DNA from: a virus
Taxonomy: Duplodnaviria; Caudoviricetes
Strand: one strand, 5' to 3'
IMG/VR virus record: IMGVR_UViG_3300032269_000030
Coordinates: 1-24,329 of that record
Length of the DNA stretch: 24,329 bases
Positions 7,013 to 15,435 of this stretch are shown here, piece by piece. The notes under the pieces were generated by a model. The model saw nothing but the letters and a program-made list of their open reading frames with translations. It searched no databases and was not told the DNA's origin. The position numbers and the translations under genes were made by a program. Numbering within the stretch: position 1 is the first letter of the stretch; the number at the start of each line of letters is the position of its first letter.

Positions 7013-8050
7013 ATGGCATCCACATATAGTGATCTAAAAATAGAGCTGATTGGTACTGGCGACCAAACAGGTACGTGGGGTAGTACAACCAATAACAACT
7101 TTTCCGTTGCTATTACTGAAGCTATTACAGGTTCAGCAGATGTTACCTTTTCAAGTGCAGACGTTACAATCACCCTAACAGATAGTAATGCGGCTCAAAC
7201 TGCTCGTAACCTACGTTTAAACCTTACAGGCACTTCTGGTGGTGCAAGGAACTTAATCCTTGGCTCAGGCTGCCAGATTGAAAAATTATACTTAGTAAAC
7301 AATGGTTTAGCTGATGCTGTTACTGTTAAAAATACGACAGGCACAGGAATCTCCGTTGCTGCTGGTAAGTCTATGTTTGTCTTTAATAACGGGACTAACG
7401 TAGTAGATGCCACCACATACCTCAGCTCATTAACTTTAGGTTCAGCTTTGCCAGTAGCTTCTGGCGGTACAAGTTTAACTACTCTAACAGCTAATAACGT
7501 AATTCTTGGTAACGGCACTAGCGCACCTTCATTTGTAGCACCAGGCACTACAGGTAATGTATTAACTTCTAATGGCACAACTTGGGCAAGTACAACTCCA
7601 ACGGCACAAGTATATCCTGGTGCTGGTATTGCTAACTCTACAGGTTCAGCATGGGGAACAAGTTATACCACTAGCGGAACAGGTACGGTAGTTGCGTTAG
7701 CTACAGGCGCAGCGCTTAATACTCCAGTAGTCACAAATTACACAGAAACTCTATATGCTCCTGCTGCTGGCTCTAGTTTTACTATTAGCCTAGCAAACGG
7801 CACAGTACAAGAACTAAGTCTTAACGGAAACGGAACAATTACATTGCCTAGCTCAGTAGCTGGTAAGTCTTTTGTAATTATTGTTACTTACTCAGGCGCT
7901 TATACAGTTACTTGGGCTGGTGGTTCTACGATTAAATGGCCCAGCGGCACAACTCCTACAGCATCATCAGCAAGCGGTAAATATGACATCTTTACTTTTT
8001 TCCAAGATGGCACAAATACCTACGGCAACTCTTTTGGATTGAACTACTAA
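7013..8050 (+). CDS. Tail fibre protein
   Basis: N-terminal anchor-type motif (LKIELIGTGDQTGTWGSTTN), shaft motifs LPVASGGT and GTTGNVLTSNGT, and a C-terminal domain (TVTW...IKWPSGTTPT....KYDIFTF) typical of fibre tips. T/S/G/A-rich. Confidence 0.85.
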   Translation: MASTYSDLKIELIGTGDQTGTWGSTTNNNFSVAITEAITGSADVTFSSADVTITLTDSNAAQTARNLRLNLTGTSGGARNLILGSGCQIEKLYLVNNGLADAVTVKNTTGTGISVAAGKSMFVFNNGTNVVDATTYLSSLTLGSALPVASGGTSLTTLTANNVILGNGTSAPSFVAPGTTGNVLTSNGTTWASTTPTAQVYPGAGIANSTGSAWGTSYTTSGTGTVVALATGAALNTPVVTNYTETLYAPAAGSSFTISLANGTVQELSLNGNGTITLPSSVAGKSFVIIVTYSGAYTVTWAGGSTIKWPSGTTPTASSASGKYDIFTFFQDGTNTYGNSFGLNY

Positions 8051-10029
8051 TGTTTAGCGCTGCTAGTAAAACAGGAAGTCAAGCTACTGCATTTAATTAT
8101 GTAGAAGATGTGTTTAGTACCTATTTATATACAGGCAATGGTTCTGGCGGTGGTGGCAGTGCGGTAATTCAAACTATTAATAATGGCATAGATTTATCTG
8201 GCAAGGGCGGGCTTACTTGGATTAAAAATAGGGGTCGTGCAGTTAATCATGGACTTTACGATACAATAAGAGGCGCTTTAAATGGTCTTAGTTCAAATAC
8301 AACAGGTGGACAAAGCTCATATACAAATACATTAAATGGGTTTACTTCATCTGGTTTTACTCTTGGCAACGATAGTTCAAACACAGTAAATTTATCTGGT
8401 GATACTTATTGCTCTTGGACATTTCGTAAACAACCTAAGTTCTTTGATGTAGTTACTTATACTGGTAATGGCGGAACACAAGCTATTAATCATGCTCTTG
8501 GATCAACTCCAGGAATGGTTATTATTAAGCGCACAGATACTGCTAGTATAGTAGGCTGGGTTACTTATCATAGATCAGTATCAAGCCCAAATGATAATTA
8601 TCTTTTGCTTAACAATACTACTGCACCACTATCTGCTCCAGCTTGGATTTCTCCAACTTCTACAAATTTTACTATTGGAAATTATTCAGATGTAAATGCT
8701 AGTGGTGGAACTTTTGTAGCCTACCTATTCGCCCATAACGCTGGTGGCTTTGGTACAACAGGAACAGATAATGTAATTAGTTGTGGTAGTTTTAATTCAG
8801 ATAGTAGTGGTGGAATAAGCCCTGTTAATTTGGGTTATGAACCACAATGGCTTTTGGTTAAAAACGTATCTGGTGGTGACGGCTGGAGAATACAAGATGT
8901 AATGCGTGGTTGGAGTCAAACTCAACTTGTTGATTTATCTCCCAATGATTCTGGAGGAGATCGTACTTTAAATAATAATCCAAGTTATTTATCTCCTACA
9001 GCTACAGGGTTTAGTACACCAACTCCAGGAATATTTACACCTAGTAATACATTTGCATATGTAGCAATCCGTAGACCAATGAAAGTGCCTACAGATGCTA
9101 CTACTGTATTTAGTCCAGCCACTAGAACAGGTACTGGTGCTAATGCAACAATTACTACATCAACGTTGCCAGTAGATTTTACTTGGATTAGGCAAACAAA
9201 TAATACTACTGGTTATTCTTTTATGCTTTTTGATAGGCTTAGAGGTAAATTAAAACTTTTATATACCGATAACACCCAAACCGAAAATAACACTTCTGCA
9301 ACTGTAACTGGTTTTGATGTTCAAAATGGTTATTATTTAGGTGACGATGCAAGTGGATATGGTACAAATGTAAGTGGTCAACCTATTGTTTATTACTCTT
9401 TTTCTCGCAGACCAGGATTTTTTGATGTGGTTTGCTATACGGGTACGGGAAGCGTCACAACGCAAACGCATAATCTGGGTGTTGTGCCAGAGTTGATGAT
9501 TATGAAAACTAGGTCAGGCGGTGGGAATCCAGCTTGGTGGGTATATGCCCAACCAATTGGAGCAACAAATTACCTGATGTTAAATAATACAAATGCATCA
9601 GCTATTTATGCTAATATGTGGAATGACACAACTCCTACGACAACTAACTTTACACTTGGCTCATATGTTGGAGCAAATAATTCTGGTAGCACATACGTTG
9701 CCTACCTATTCGCAACCTGCGCTGGTGTAAGCAAAGTTGGCTCATATACAGGCAACGGCTCTACACAAGCTATTGCTTGCGGATTTACTGGTGGGGCTAG
9801 ATTTGTATTAATTAAGCGCACAGATTCTACTGGGGATTGGTATGTTTACGATACTGCTAGAGGTATGACTACGCTTACAGACCCTTATTTACTTACAAAT
9901 TCTTCAGCAGCGCAATCAGCTACTTTAGGCTCTGTAACATCAACTGCTGGTGGATTTTCAGTTAATGCTTCAATACTTTCTGCTATTAATACAAATGCTG
10001 CCAGCTACATTTTTCTGGCTATAGCCTAA
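8050..10029 (+). CDS. Receptor-binding/adhesin-like protein with six roughly 100-aa YTGNG...IKR repeats (DUF7483-like)
   Basis: TAATG coupling to the fibre gene. Repeated YTGNG / HxLG..P..(V/I)IKR..W / Y(V/I)AYLFA units in ABC-ABC order. Family name recalled, not searched. Confidence 0.8.
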   Translation: MFSAASKTGSQATAFNYVEDVFSTYLYTGNGSGGGGSAVIQTINNGIDLSGKGGLTWIKNRGRAVNHGLYDTIRGALNGLSSNTTGGQSSYTNTLNGFTSSGFTLGNDSSNTVNLSGDTYCSWTFRKQPKFFDVVTYTGNGGTQAINHALGSTPGMVIIKRTDTASIVGWVTYHRSVSSPNDNYLLLNNTTAPLSAPAWISPTSTNFTIGNYSDVNASGGTFVAYLFAHNAGGFGTTGTDNVISCGSFNSDSSGGISPVNLGYEPQWLLVKNVSGGDGWRIQDVMRGWSQTQLVDLSPNDSGGDRTLNNNPSYLSPTATGFSTPTPGIFTPSNTFAYVAIRRPMKVPTDATTVFSPATRTGTGANATITTSTLPVDFTWIRQTNNTTGYSFMLFDRLRGKLKLLYTDNTQTENNTSATVTGFDVQNGYYLGDDASGYGTNVSGQPIVYYSFSRRPGFFDVVCYTGTGSVTTQTHNLGVVPELMIMKTRSGGGNPAWWVYAQPIGATNYLMLNNTNASAIYANMWNDTTPTTTNFTLGSYVGANNSGSTYVAYLFATCAGVSKVGSYTGNGSTQAIACGFTGGARFVLIKRTDSTGDWYVYDTARGMTTLTDPYLLTNSSAAQSATLGSVTSTAGGFSVNASILSAINTNAASYIFLAIA

Positions 10030-10047
10030 TATAAAAAAGGATAAATT

Positions 10048-10530
10048 ATGTTAGTTCGAGTTCGTGATACTGGTGCTGTAATGTACCTTCCACAATGGGA
10101 ACAAACCTTCCCAGAAACTTCTTTTCCAAATCCTGTTCCTACAGAAACTATTAATGAGTTTGGTGCAGATGTGGTATTAGACGGTCCATACCCTTTATGT
10201 GGTACTTATCAATACGTCATTTCTGGTCCAGTGATTCTACAAGACGGGCAATGGTACACATCGTTTATTGTTGAGGATATGGACGCAGAGCAGATTGCTG
10301 CAAAGAACGCAGAACTAGCCGCAGATAATAAAGCTAAAGGCAAACAGATTTTATCTGATACTGATTGGACAGCAATTGCTAGTGTGGCAGACCCCGCAGA
10401 GTCAAACCCTTATTTGACTAACCGCCAAGCATTTTTAGAATATCGCTCTGCCGTTAGAGCTATTGTTCTTAATCCTCAATTTGACTCAGTATTTCCTACA
10501 GAACCAGCAGAGGTATGGAGCACTACATGA
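10048..10530 (+). CDS. Tail fibre assembly chaperone-like protein
   Basis: AAGGA RBS. C-terminal L..TDWT...YRSAVR.I...FPTEP matches the phage tail assembly chaperone pattern. Directly follows the fibre and adhesin genes. Confidence 0.75.
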   Translation: MLVRVRDTGAVMYLPQWEQTFPETSFPNPVPTETINEFGADVVLDGPYPLCGTYQYVISGPVILQDGQWYTSFIVEDMDAEQIAAKNAELAADNKAKGKQILSDTDWTAIASVADPAESNPYLTNRQAFLEYRSAVRAIVLNPQFDSVFPTEPAEVWSTT

Positions 10531-10739
10531 GACAAACTGTAGAAGCTAGAACACTAGAAGGTGGACTAATTGAGCCGCACCACGAAATAGAAGTGGTGTG
10601 TTCGGCTTGTGGCTACGACTTAGATATAGCCGAGTTACAAGCCGATGTCTGCTCAGACTGCAATGCTCCTTTAAACTTAAAGCAACATATATCTATCCAT
10701 GCGACATCCGTACCTGCCGCTGGTGGCGGAGTAATGTAA
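10527..10739 (+). CDS. Small zinc-ribbon protein (CSAC-x13-CSDC)
   Basis: ATGA overlap at 10527-10530 favours this start (70 aa). Two CxxC pairs, acidic overall. Confidence 0.7.
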   Translation: MRQTVEARTLEGGLIEPHHEIEVVCSACGYDLDIAELQADVCSDCNAPLNLKQHISIHATSVPAAGGGVM

Positions 10740-10749
10740 GTGAAACTTT

Positions 10750-11202
10750 ATGCCCGATCCATTTGGTTTATCCGAAGGAGTGAAAACTCTTAGTGGGAGT
10801 CTTGATGCAAGTCGAGAAGCCTCAAAAGGTCTATCCAAAAGCATTGAAGGCATACAGCAAGATGGTTTAGAGGTAGCCCAGAAAAAAGCCCAAGACAGAC
10901 TACGGGAAAGACGGGAAGCAGAAGCAAGAAAAGAAATAGCGCTGATTAAAGCGCTTGAAGCATGGAAGCATAAGAAGCAAATCTCCGATGAGGAGGCAAA
11001 ATTAAAAATTGATTTTGTCAGGAAGTATGGCGCTAAGGAATGGGAAGCGGTGCTTAAAATTAAACTAGATATTGAAAACCTTCAAAGAAAAGACAACGAA
11101 GAATACCAGCATGATATTAAGGCGGTTAGAAGGGTTCAATTGTATTGTTTTGCACTTGCAGCATTAATTGCGTGGTATTTAACTTGGGGCTATAAAGGGT
11201 AA
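10750..11202 (+). CDS. Coiled-coil protein with C-terminal TM helix, possible lysis accessory
   Basis: Charged helical body and C-terminal VQLYCFALAALIAWYLTW. Immediately upstream of the holin. Confidence 0.75.
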   Translation: MPDPFGLSEGVKTLSGSLDASREASKGLSKSIEGIQQDGLEVAQKKAQDRLRERREAEARKEIALIKALEAWKHKKQISDEEAKLKIDFVRKYGAKEWEAVLKIKLDIENLQRKDNEEYQHDIKAVRRVQLYCFALAALIAWYLTWGYKG

Positions 11203-11207
11203 ATAAT

Positions 11208-11702
11208 ATGGATTGGCTTAAACAAATTGCACCTACTATCGCTACTTGCTTGGGTGGCCCTCTTGCGGGTCTTGCTGTCACAGCAATTTCTAAAGTATTG
11301 GGAGTTGATGAAAATAAAGTCCAAGATGTTATTGACAGCGGTAAATTAAACGCTGACCAAATCGCTAGTTTGAAACAGGCAGAAATTGAATTAAAAGATC
11401 ATGCACAACAACTAGGTTTAAATTTTGAACAGTTAGCCGTTCAAGATCGTGCGTCTGCCCGTGACTTACAAAAAGAAACTAAATCAATAGTTCCACCAGT
11501 GTTATCTATCTTGGTAACTGTTGGGTTCTTTAGCATTTTGATCGGGTTGATGTCTGGCAAGATTATGACTTCCGATGCCCTAATGTTAATGCTAGGCTCT
11601 TTAGGTACAGCCTGGACAGGAATTATTGCTTTCTATTTTGGTAGCTCTGCAAGTAGTCAAGCCAAAGACCAAATGATTCATAACAGTACACCAATAAAAT
11701 GA
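11208..11702 (+). CDS. Holin (3-TM, GTA-type holin-like)
   Basis: IAPTIATCLGGPLAGLAV N-terminus, DRASAR motif, two C-terminal TM helices ending FYFGSS. Coupled to the endolysin gene. Confidence 0.8.
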   Translation: MDWLKQIAPTIATCLGGPLAGLAVTAISKVLGVDENKVQDVIDSGKLNADQIASLKQAEIELKDHAQQLGLNFEQLAVQDRASARDLQKETKSIVPPVLSILVTVGFFSILIGLMSGKIMTSDALMLMLGSLGTAWTGIIAFYFGSSASSQAKDQMIHNSTPIK

Positions 11703-12130
11703 CACAACTATCAGTACACTTTACTCTTGAAGAGTTAACTCACACGGATCACCGTGAGTTTGACAACACCCCCAATTCCGCAGAAACCGCTAACCTTATT
11801 CGTTTGGCTGGGCTTTTAGAAGACGTCAAGAGCGTTCTTGGCGGCAAACCAATTATGGTTAACAGCGCCTTTAGATCAAAACAAGTCAATGATGCTGTGG
11901 GTTCTAAAGATACTAGCCAGCACCGTATTGGTTGTGCGGCAGATATTCGTGTGCCCGATATGACGCCAGACGAGGTAGTTAAAGCAGTGATTGCTTCTGG
12001 CCTTGGATACGATCAAATTATCCGTGAGTTTGACAGGTGGACGCATATCAGCGTACCCAACACAAAAGACATGACACCACGCCGCCAAGCGCTTATCATT
12101 GATAAATCAGGAACACGCGTCTACGCTTAG
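11699..12130 (+). CDS. Endolysin, zinc peptidase family M15
   Basis: LSVHFTLEEL start, NSAFRS, SQHRIGCAADI (SxHxxGxAxD) and WTHIS supply the His-Asp-His zinc ligands of M15 peptidases. Confidence 0.93.
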   Translation: MTQLSVHFTLEELTHTDHREFDNTPNSAETANLIRLAGLLEDVKSVLGGKPIMVNSAFRSKQVNDAVGSKDTSQHRIGCAADIRVPDMTPDEVVKAVIASGLGYDQIIREFDRWTHISVPNTKDMTPRRQALIIDKSGTRVYA

Positions 12131-12141
12131 GGTAAACCCGT

Positions 12142-14187
12142 ATGCCACTACAAAAACTACAATATCGTCCAGGTTTAAACAGGGATCAAACCAACTACTC
12201 TAACGAGGGCGGTTGGTATGAGTGCGACAAAATACGTTTTCGTTCTGGCTTTCCACAAAAAATAGGCGGTTGGTTGCGTTATGGGACATTTACCGTTGTA
12301 GGAATTTGTCGACAAGTATTTAACTGGATTACTACCGCTGGAGATAATTATCTAGCCCTAGGCACAAATAAAAAACTTTATATTGATGCAGGACAAACCT
12401 TATACGACATTACACCAATACGCCAAACAAGTACTAGCCCAGCTACTAATAATTGTTTTACCACAGTCAATGGGTCTAAAACCATTACAGTTGCTATTAC
12501 ATCTCATGGGGCAATAGACGGAGATTATGTAACTTTTTCTGGTGCGGTGGCAGTTGGTGGTATTACAGCACCAAACCTTAATACTGAATTTATTATTACC
12601 TATGTAGATGCAAACTCTTTTAAGATTACCGTTGCTACGGCAGCCACATCTTCGACTACTGGCGGTGGAACAAATACTACAGCCAAATTTCAAATTAATG
12701 TAGGAAATGATATTGCAGTTGCAGGTTATGGATGGGGAGCAGGTTCATGGGGTCGTGGTTCATGGGGTTCTGGCGCATCTGCCCCTGTGTTTGTTTCTCA
12801 GCGAGATTGGTTTATACAAAACTTTGATAATGACATGGTAGCCAATATTCGCAAAGGTGCTATTTATTATTGGAAATATATAGATGGGTTAGCAACTCCA
12901 GCTACGCCTTTAGCAACCACAACCATTAGCGGGGTAGCCCCTTCAGATGTACCTACTCAAGCTATGCAAGTTTTGGTGTCTCAAAACGACAAACATTTAT
13001 TAGCTTTTGGCTGCACCCCTTATGGTGGCGGGGCATCAGATCCTTTATTAATTCGTTGGGCTACGCAAGATCAGCCTAATGTTTGGACACCGCTAGTCAC
13101 TAATTCAGCAGGATTTTTGCGAGTTTCCCGTGGTTCTGAAATTGTTTGTGCTCTTGCAACCCGCCAAGAAATCCTTGTATTTACAGATGGCACGTTAAAT
13201 TCATTGCAGTTTTTGGGGACAGCCGATGTATTTGGTTTAACAGAACTTTCTGACAACATCTCTATTCTTAGCCCACGCTCGGTAGTTGGTGTTAATAACG
13301 TAGCATATTGGTTCGGACATGATAAGTTTTATGCTTATAGTGGACGAGTTGAAACTTTGCCCTGCAGCCTTAGAAATCATGTATTTGGAAATTTAAACTA
13401 CGATCAGGCTGACCAAATTATTTCTGGCACTAATGAAGGTTGGAATGAGGTTTGGTGGTTCTATCCAACAGCAGACAGTAACATCAATAATGCTTATGTC
13501 ATATTTAATCATCTAGAAAAAATATGGTACTACGGCAAAATTGACCGCACCGCATGGTCTGACTCTTCACTTAGACCATATCCTCAAGCACTAACAGGAA
13601 CTTATGTAACTGGATCTATTACAGGTACAACTTTAACGGTTACAGCTGTTGAGGCTGGCATTTTGCAGGTGGGAAGTGTTATTAGCGGCACGGGAGTTGC
13701 TACGGGTACTATAATTACTGCTTTGGGTACAGGCATAGGTGGAGTAGGTACTTACACTATTAATATTTCTCAATTAGTTGTGCAGACCAGCATAACCGCC
13801 TCTAGCGTTATTTACAATCATGAACAAGGCGTGGATGATAATGTTTTGCCAATGGTGTCTTATATAGCTTCTTCAGATTCTGATTTAGGAGACGGAGAAC
13901 AATTTATGCTATCTAAACGGATTATCCCTGACCTTAGTTTTGATGGTTCAACCGCTACTTTACCTGCGGTTACCATGTACATAAAACCCCGCAACTTTCC
14001 TGGCAGCGCTTATTCCAATATAGACTCTGAACGAGTTATCCAGACTTCTGTAGATGTTTATACAGATCAAATCTTTATGAGAACTAGGGCACGGCAGATG
14101 GCAATTGAAATTGAATCTACAGAATTAGGGGTTCAATGGCAATTAGGTAGCCCTAGGGTAGACGGCAGACCAGATGGGCACAGATAA
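12142..14187 (+). CDS. Tail nozzle / DNA-stabilisation protein (P22 gp10 / T7 gp12 analogue)
   Basis: 681 aa with beta-propeller-like strands ([48 protein letters not shown]) and a C-terminal [11 protein letters not shown]. Lies just before the ejection genes. Confidence 0.8.
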   Translation: MPLQKLQYRPGLNRDQTNYSNEGGWYECDKIRFRSGFPQKIGGWLRYGTFTVVGICRQVFNWITTAGDNYLALGTNKKLYIDAGQTLYDITPIRQTSTSPATNNCFTTVNGSKTITVAITSHGAIDGDYVTFSGAVAVGGITAPNLNTEFIITYVDANSFKITVATAATSSTTGGGTNTTAKFQINVGNDIAVAGYGWGAGSWGRGSWGSGASAPVFVSQRDWFIQNFDNDMVANIRKGAIYYWKYIDGLATPATPLATTTISGVAPSDVPTQAMQVLVSQNDKHLLAFGCTPYGGGASDPLLIRWATQDQPNVWTPLVTNSAGFLRVSRGSEIVCALATRQEILVFTDGTLNSLQFLGTADVFGLTELSDNISILSPRSVVGVNNVAYWFGHDKFYAYSGRVETLPCSLRNHVFGNLNYDQADQIISGTNEGWNEVWWFYPTADSNINNAYVIFNHLEKIWYYGKIDRTAWSDSSLRPYPQALTGTYVTGSITGTTLTVTAVEAGILQVGSVISGTGVATGTIITALGTGIGGVGTYTINISQLVVQTSITASSVIYNHEQGVDDNVLPMVSYIASSDSDLGDGEQFMLSKRIIPDLSFDGSTATLPAVTMYIKPRNFPGSAYSNIDSERVIQTSVDVYTDQIFMRTRARQMAIEIESTELGVQWQLGSPRVDGRPDGHR

Positions 14188-14486
14188 TGGGAATGCAAAA
14201 GTTCCGTGCTCCAGCGCTTCCGCTTGCGCCATTCGAGTACGATCAACAGCAGTTTTCCCAGCTTATTGGGGTTTTAAGGCTTTATTTTACGCAATTAGAC
14301 TCAACTGTACCCTTGCAAGCAGACGGTATCAGTCTATTAAAATTACCCACATCAGGGTACAATTTGCCAAACGGTACTGTATTTCAAGTTGGCGAAAATT
14401 TAAAGATTGTTGTACCCTATATTTCTTATTTATACGGAGTGTCAGCCACAGCTAGTGTGGGGACAGTAACGGTTACCATAATATGA
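14187..14486 (+). CDS. Small tail-associated protein ending in one VGTVTV repeat
   Basis: TAATG coupling to the nozzle gene. P.LP.AP.EY...LRLYF.QLD N-terminus and C-terminal GVSATASVGTVTVTII. Confidence 0.75.
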   Translation: MGMQKFRAPALPLAPFEYDQQQFSQLIGVLRLYFTQLDSTVPLQADGISLLKLPTSGYNLPNGTVFQVGENLKIVVPYISYLYGVSATASVGTVTVTII

Positions 14487-14508
14487 TAAATTATTTTACA
14501 AGGCATTT

Positions 14509-15018
14509 ATGAGCTTCTTTGACAGTCTAATTGATACATCAACATATCAGGCACAAAGTCTTGCTAAAGCAACGGATGCTCCACAGGGAGTTCCTATGCC
14601 AGCAGCTCAAGCTATGGCAAAGGGCGGCCTAGCAGATGCAAACAGTCAAATTGAACAAATTCAAATAATGAAAGTAATTGCTAATTACTTTAAAAATAAA
14701 GGCTTACCAGTAGAACAATCGTTAGCTGGGGTTAAAAAAGAGATTGCTAATGGATTGCAACTTGTCCCATTTGAAAGTTCGGTAATGGGTATAAAAAACC
14801 TTGGTCAAGGAACAGCTCAAGTTCATTTTTTTACCGTTGGAACAATAAGAGATCTGGCAAATGACATGCGCTATTTCTATAAGTATTTAAAAGATAAAGG
14901 CATTAATACGGTTTATGACACAATTCCAGCGCCAATTACTGCCCAAATATTTCAAAAATTAGGCGCAAGAATAGAAGAATCAAATAACCCTAAGTACAAA
15001 TTCAAGGCAACAATATGA
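14509..15018 (+). CDS. Protein with MAKGG motif followed by a possible degenerate GNAT-fold domain
   Basis: Low-complexity N-terminus, MAKGG at 14614-14628, then AQVHFFTV...YFYKYLKDKGINTVY...IFQKLG, resembling the GNAT beta4-alpha3-beta5-alpha4 half. The fold call is inference. Confidence 0.65.
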   Translation: MSFFDSLIDTSTYQAQSLAKATDAPQGVPMPAAQAMAKGGLADANSQIEQIQIMKVIANYFKNKGLPVEQSLAGVKKEIANGLQLVPFESSVMGIKNLGQGTAQVHFFTVGTIRDLANDMRYFYKYLKDKGINTVYDTIPAPITAQIFQKLGARIEESNNPKYKFKATI

Positions 15019-15434
15019 ATTTAACTGTATCTAAAACAAAGATATCTAGCTTTCTAGAAAAGAAGGTAGGAGTTTTGCTTGGTACCAGTAAAGATATCCA
15101 GCAGATCAAGTGCGAAGAAAAACACCATTTTGGTCCAGGTCTGTATATTAAAGAAATTACCATGCCAGCTGGCTCAGTAATTGTTGGCAAACATCACAAA
15201 GTAGAACACCTGTGTAATATGATGTCTGGACGCATGATTATTGTGAATCCAGATGGCTCAAGATATGAGCTAATAGCCCCTATGACTTTTATGGCAAAGC
15301 CTGGTCGTAAGGTAGCTTACATTATTGAGACAGTAATATTTCAAAATATCTATTCAACGGATGAGACAGATATTAAAAAATTAGAAAATATGTTTGTAGA
15401 TAACTCTAAGAATCTATTAGAGGAAGGAAACTAA
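15015..15434 (+). CDS. Cupin-fold protein
   Basis: HHFGPGLYIKEITMPAGSVIVGKHHKVEHLCNMMSG resembles cupin motif 1 and APMTFMAKPGRKVAY a motif-2 variant. ATGA overlap with the upstream gene. Confidence 0.75.
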   Translation: MNLTVSKTKISSFLEKKVGVLLGTSKDIQQIKCEEKHHFGPGLYIKEITMPAGSVIVGKHHKVEHLCNMMSGRMIIVNPDGSRYELIAPMTFMAKPGRKVAYIIETVIFQNIYSTDETDIKKLENMFVDNSKNLLEEGN

Positions 15435-15435
15435 T

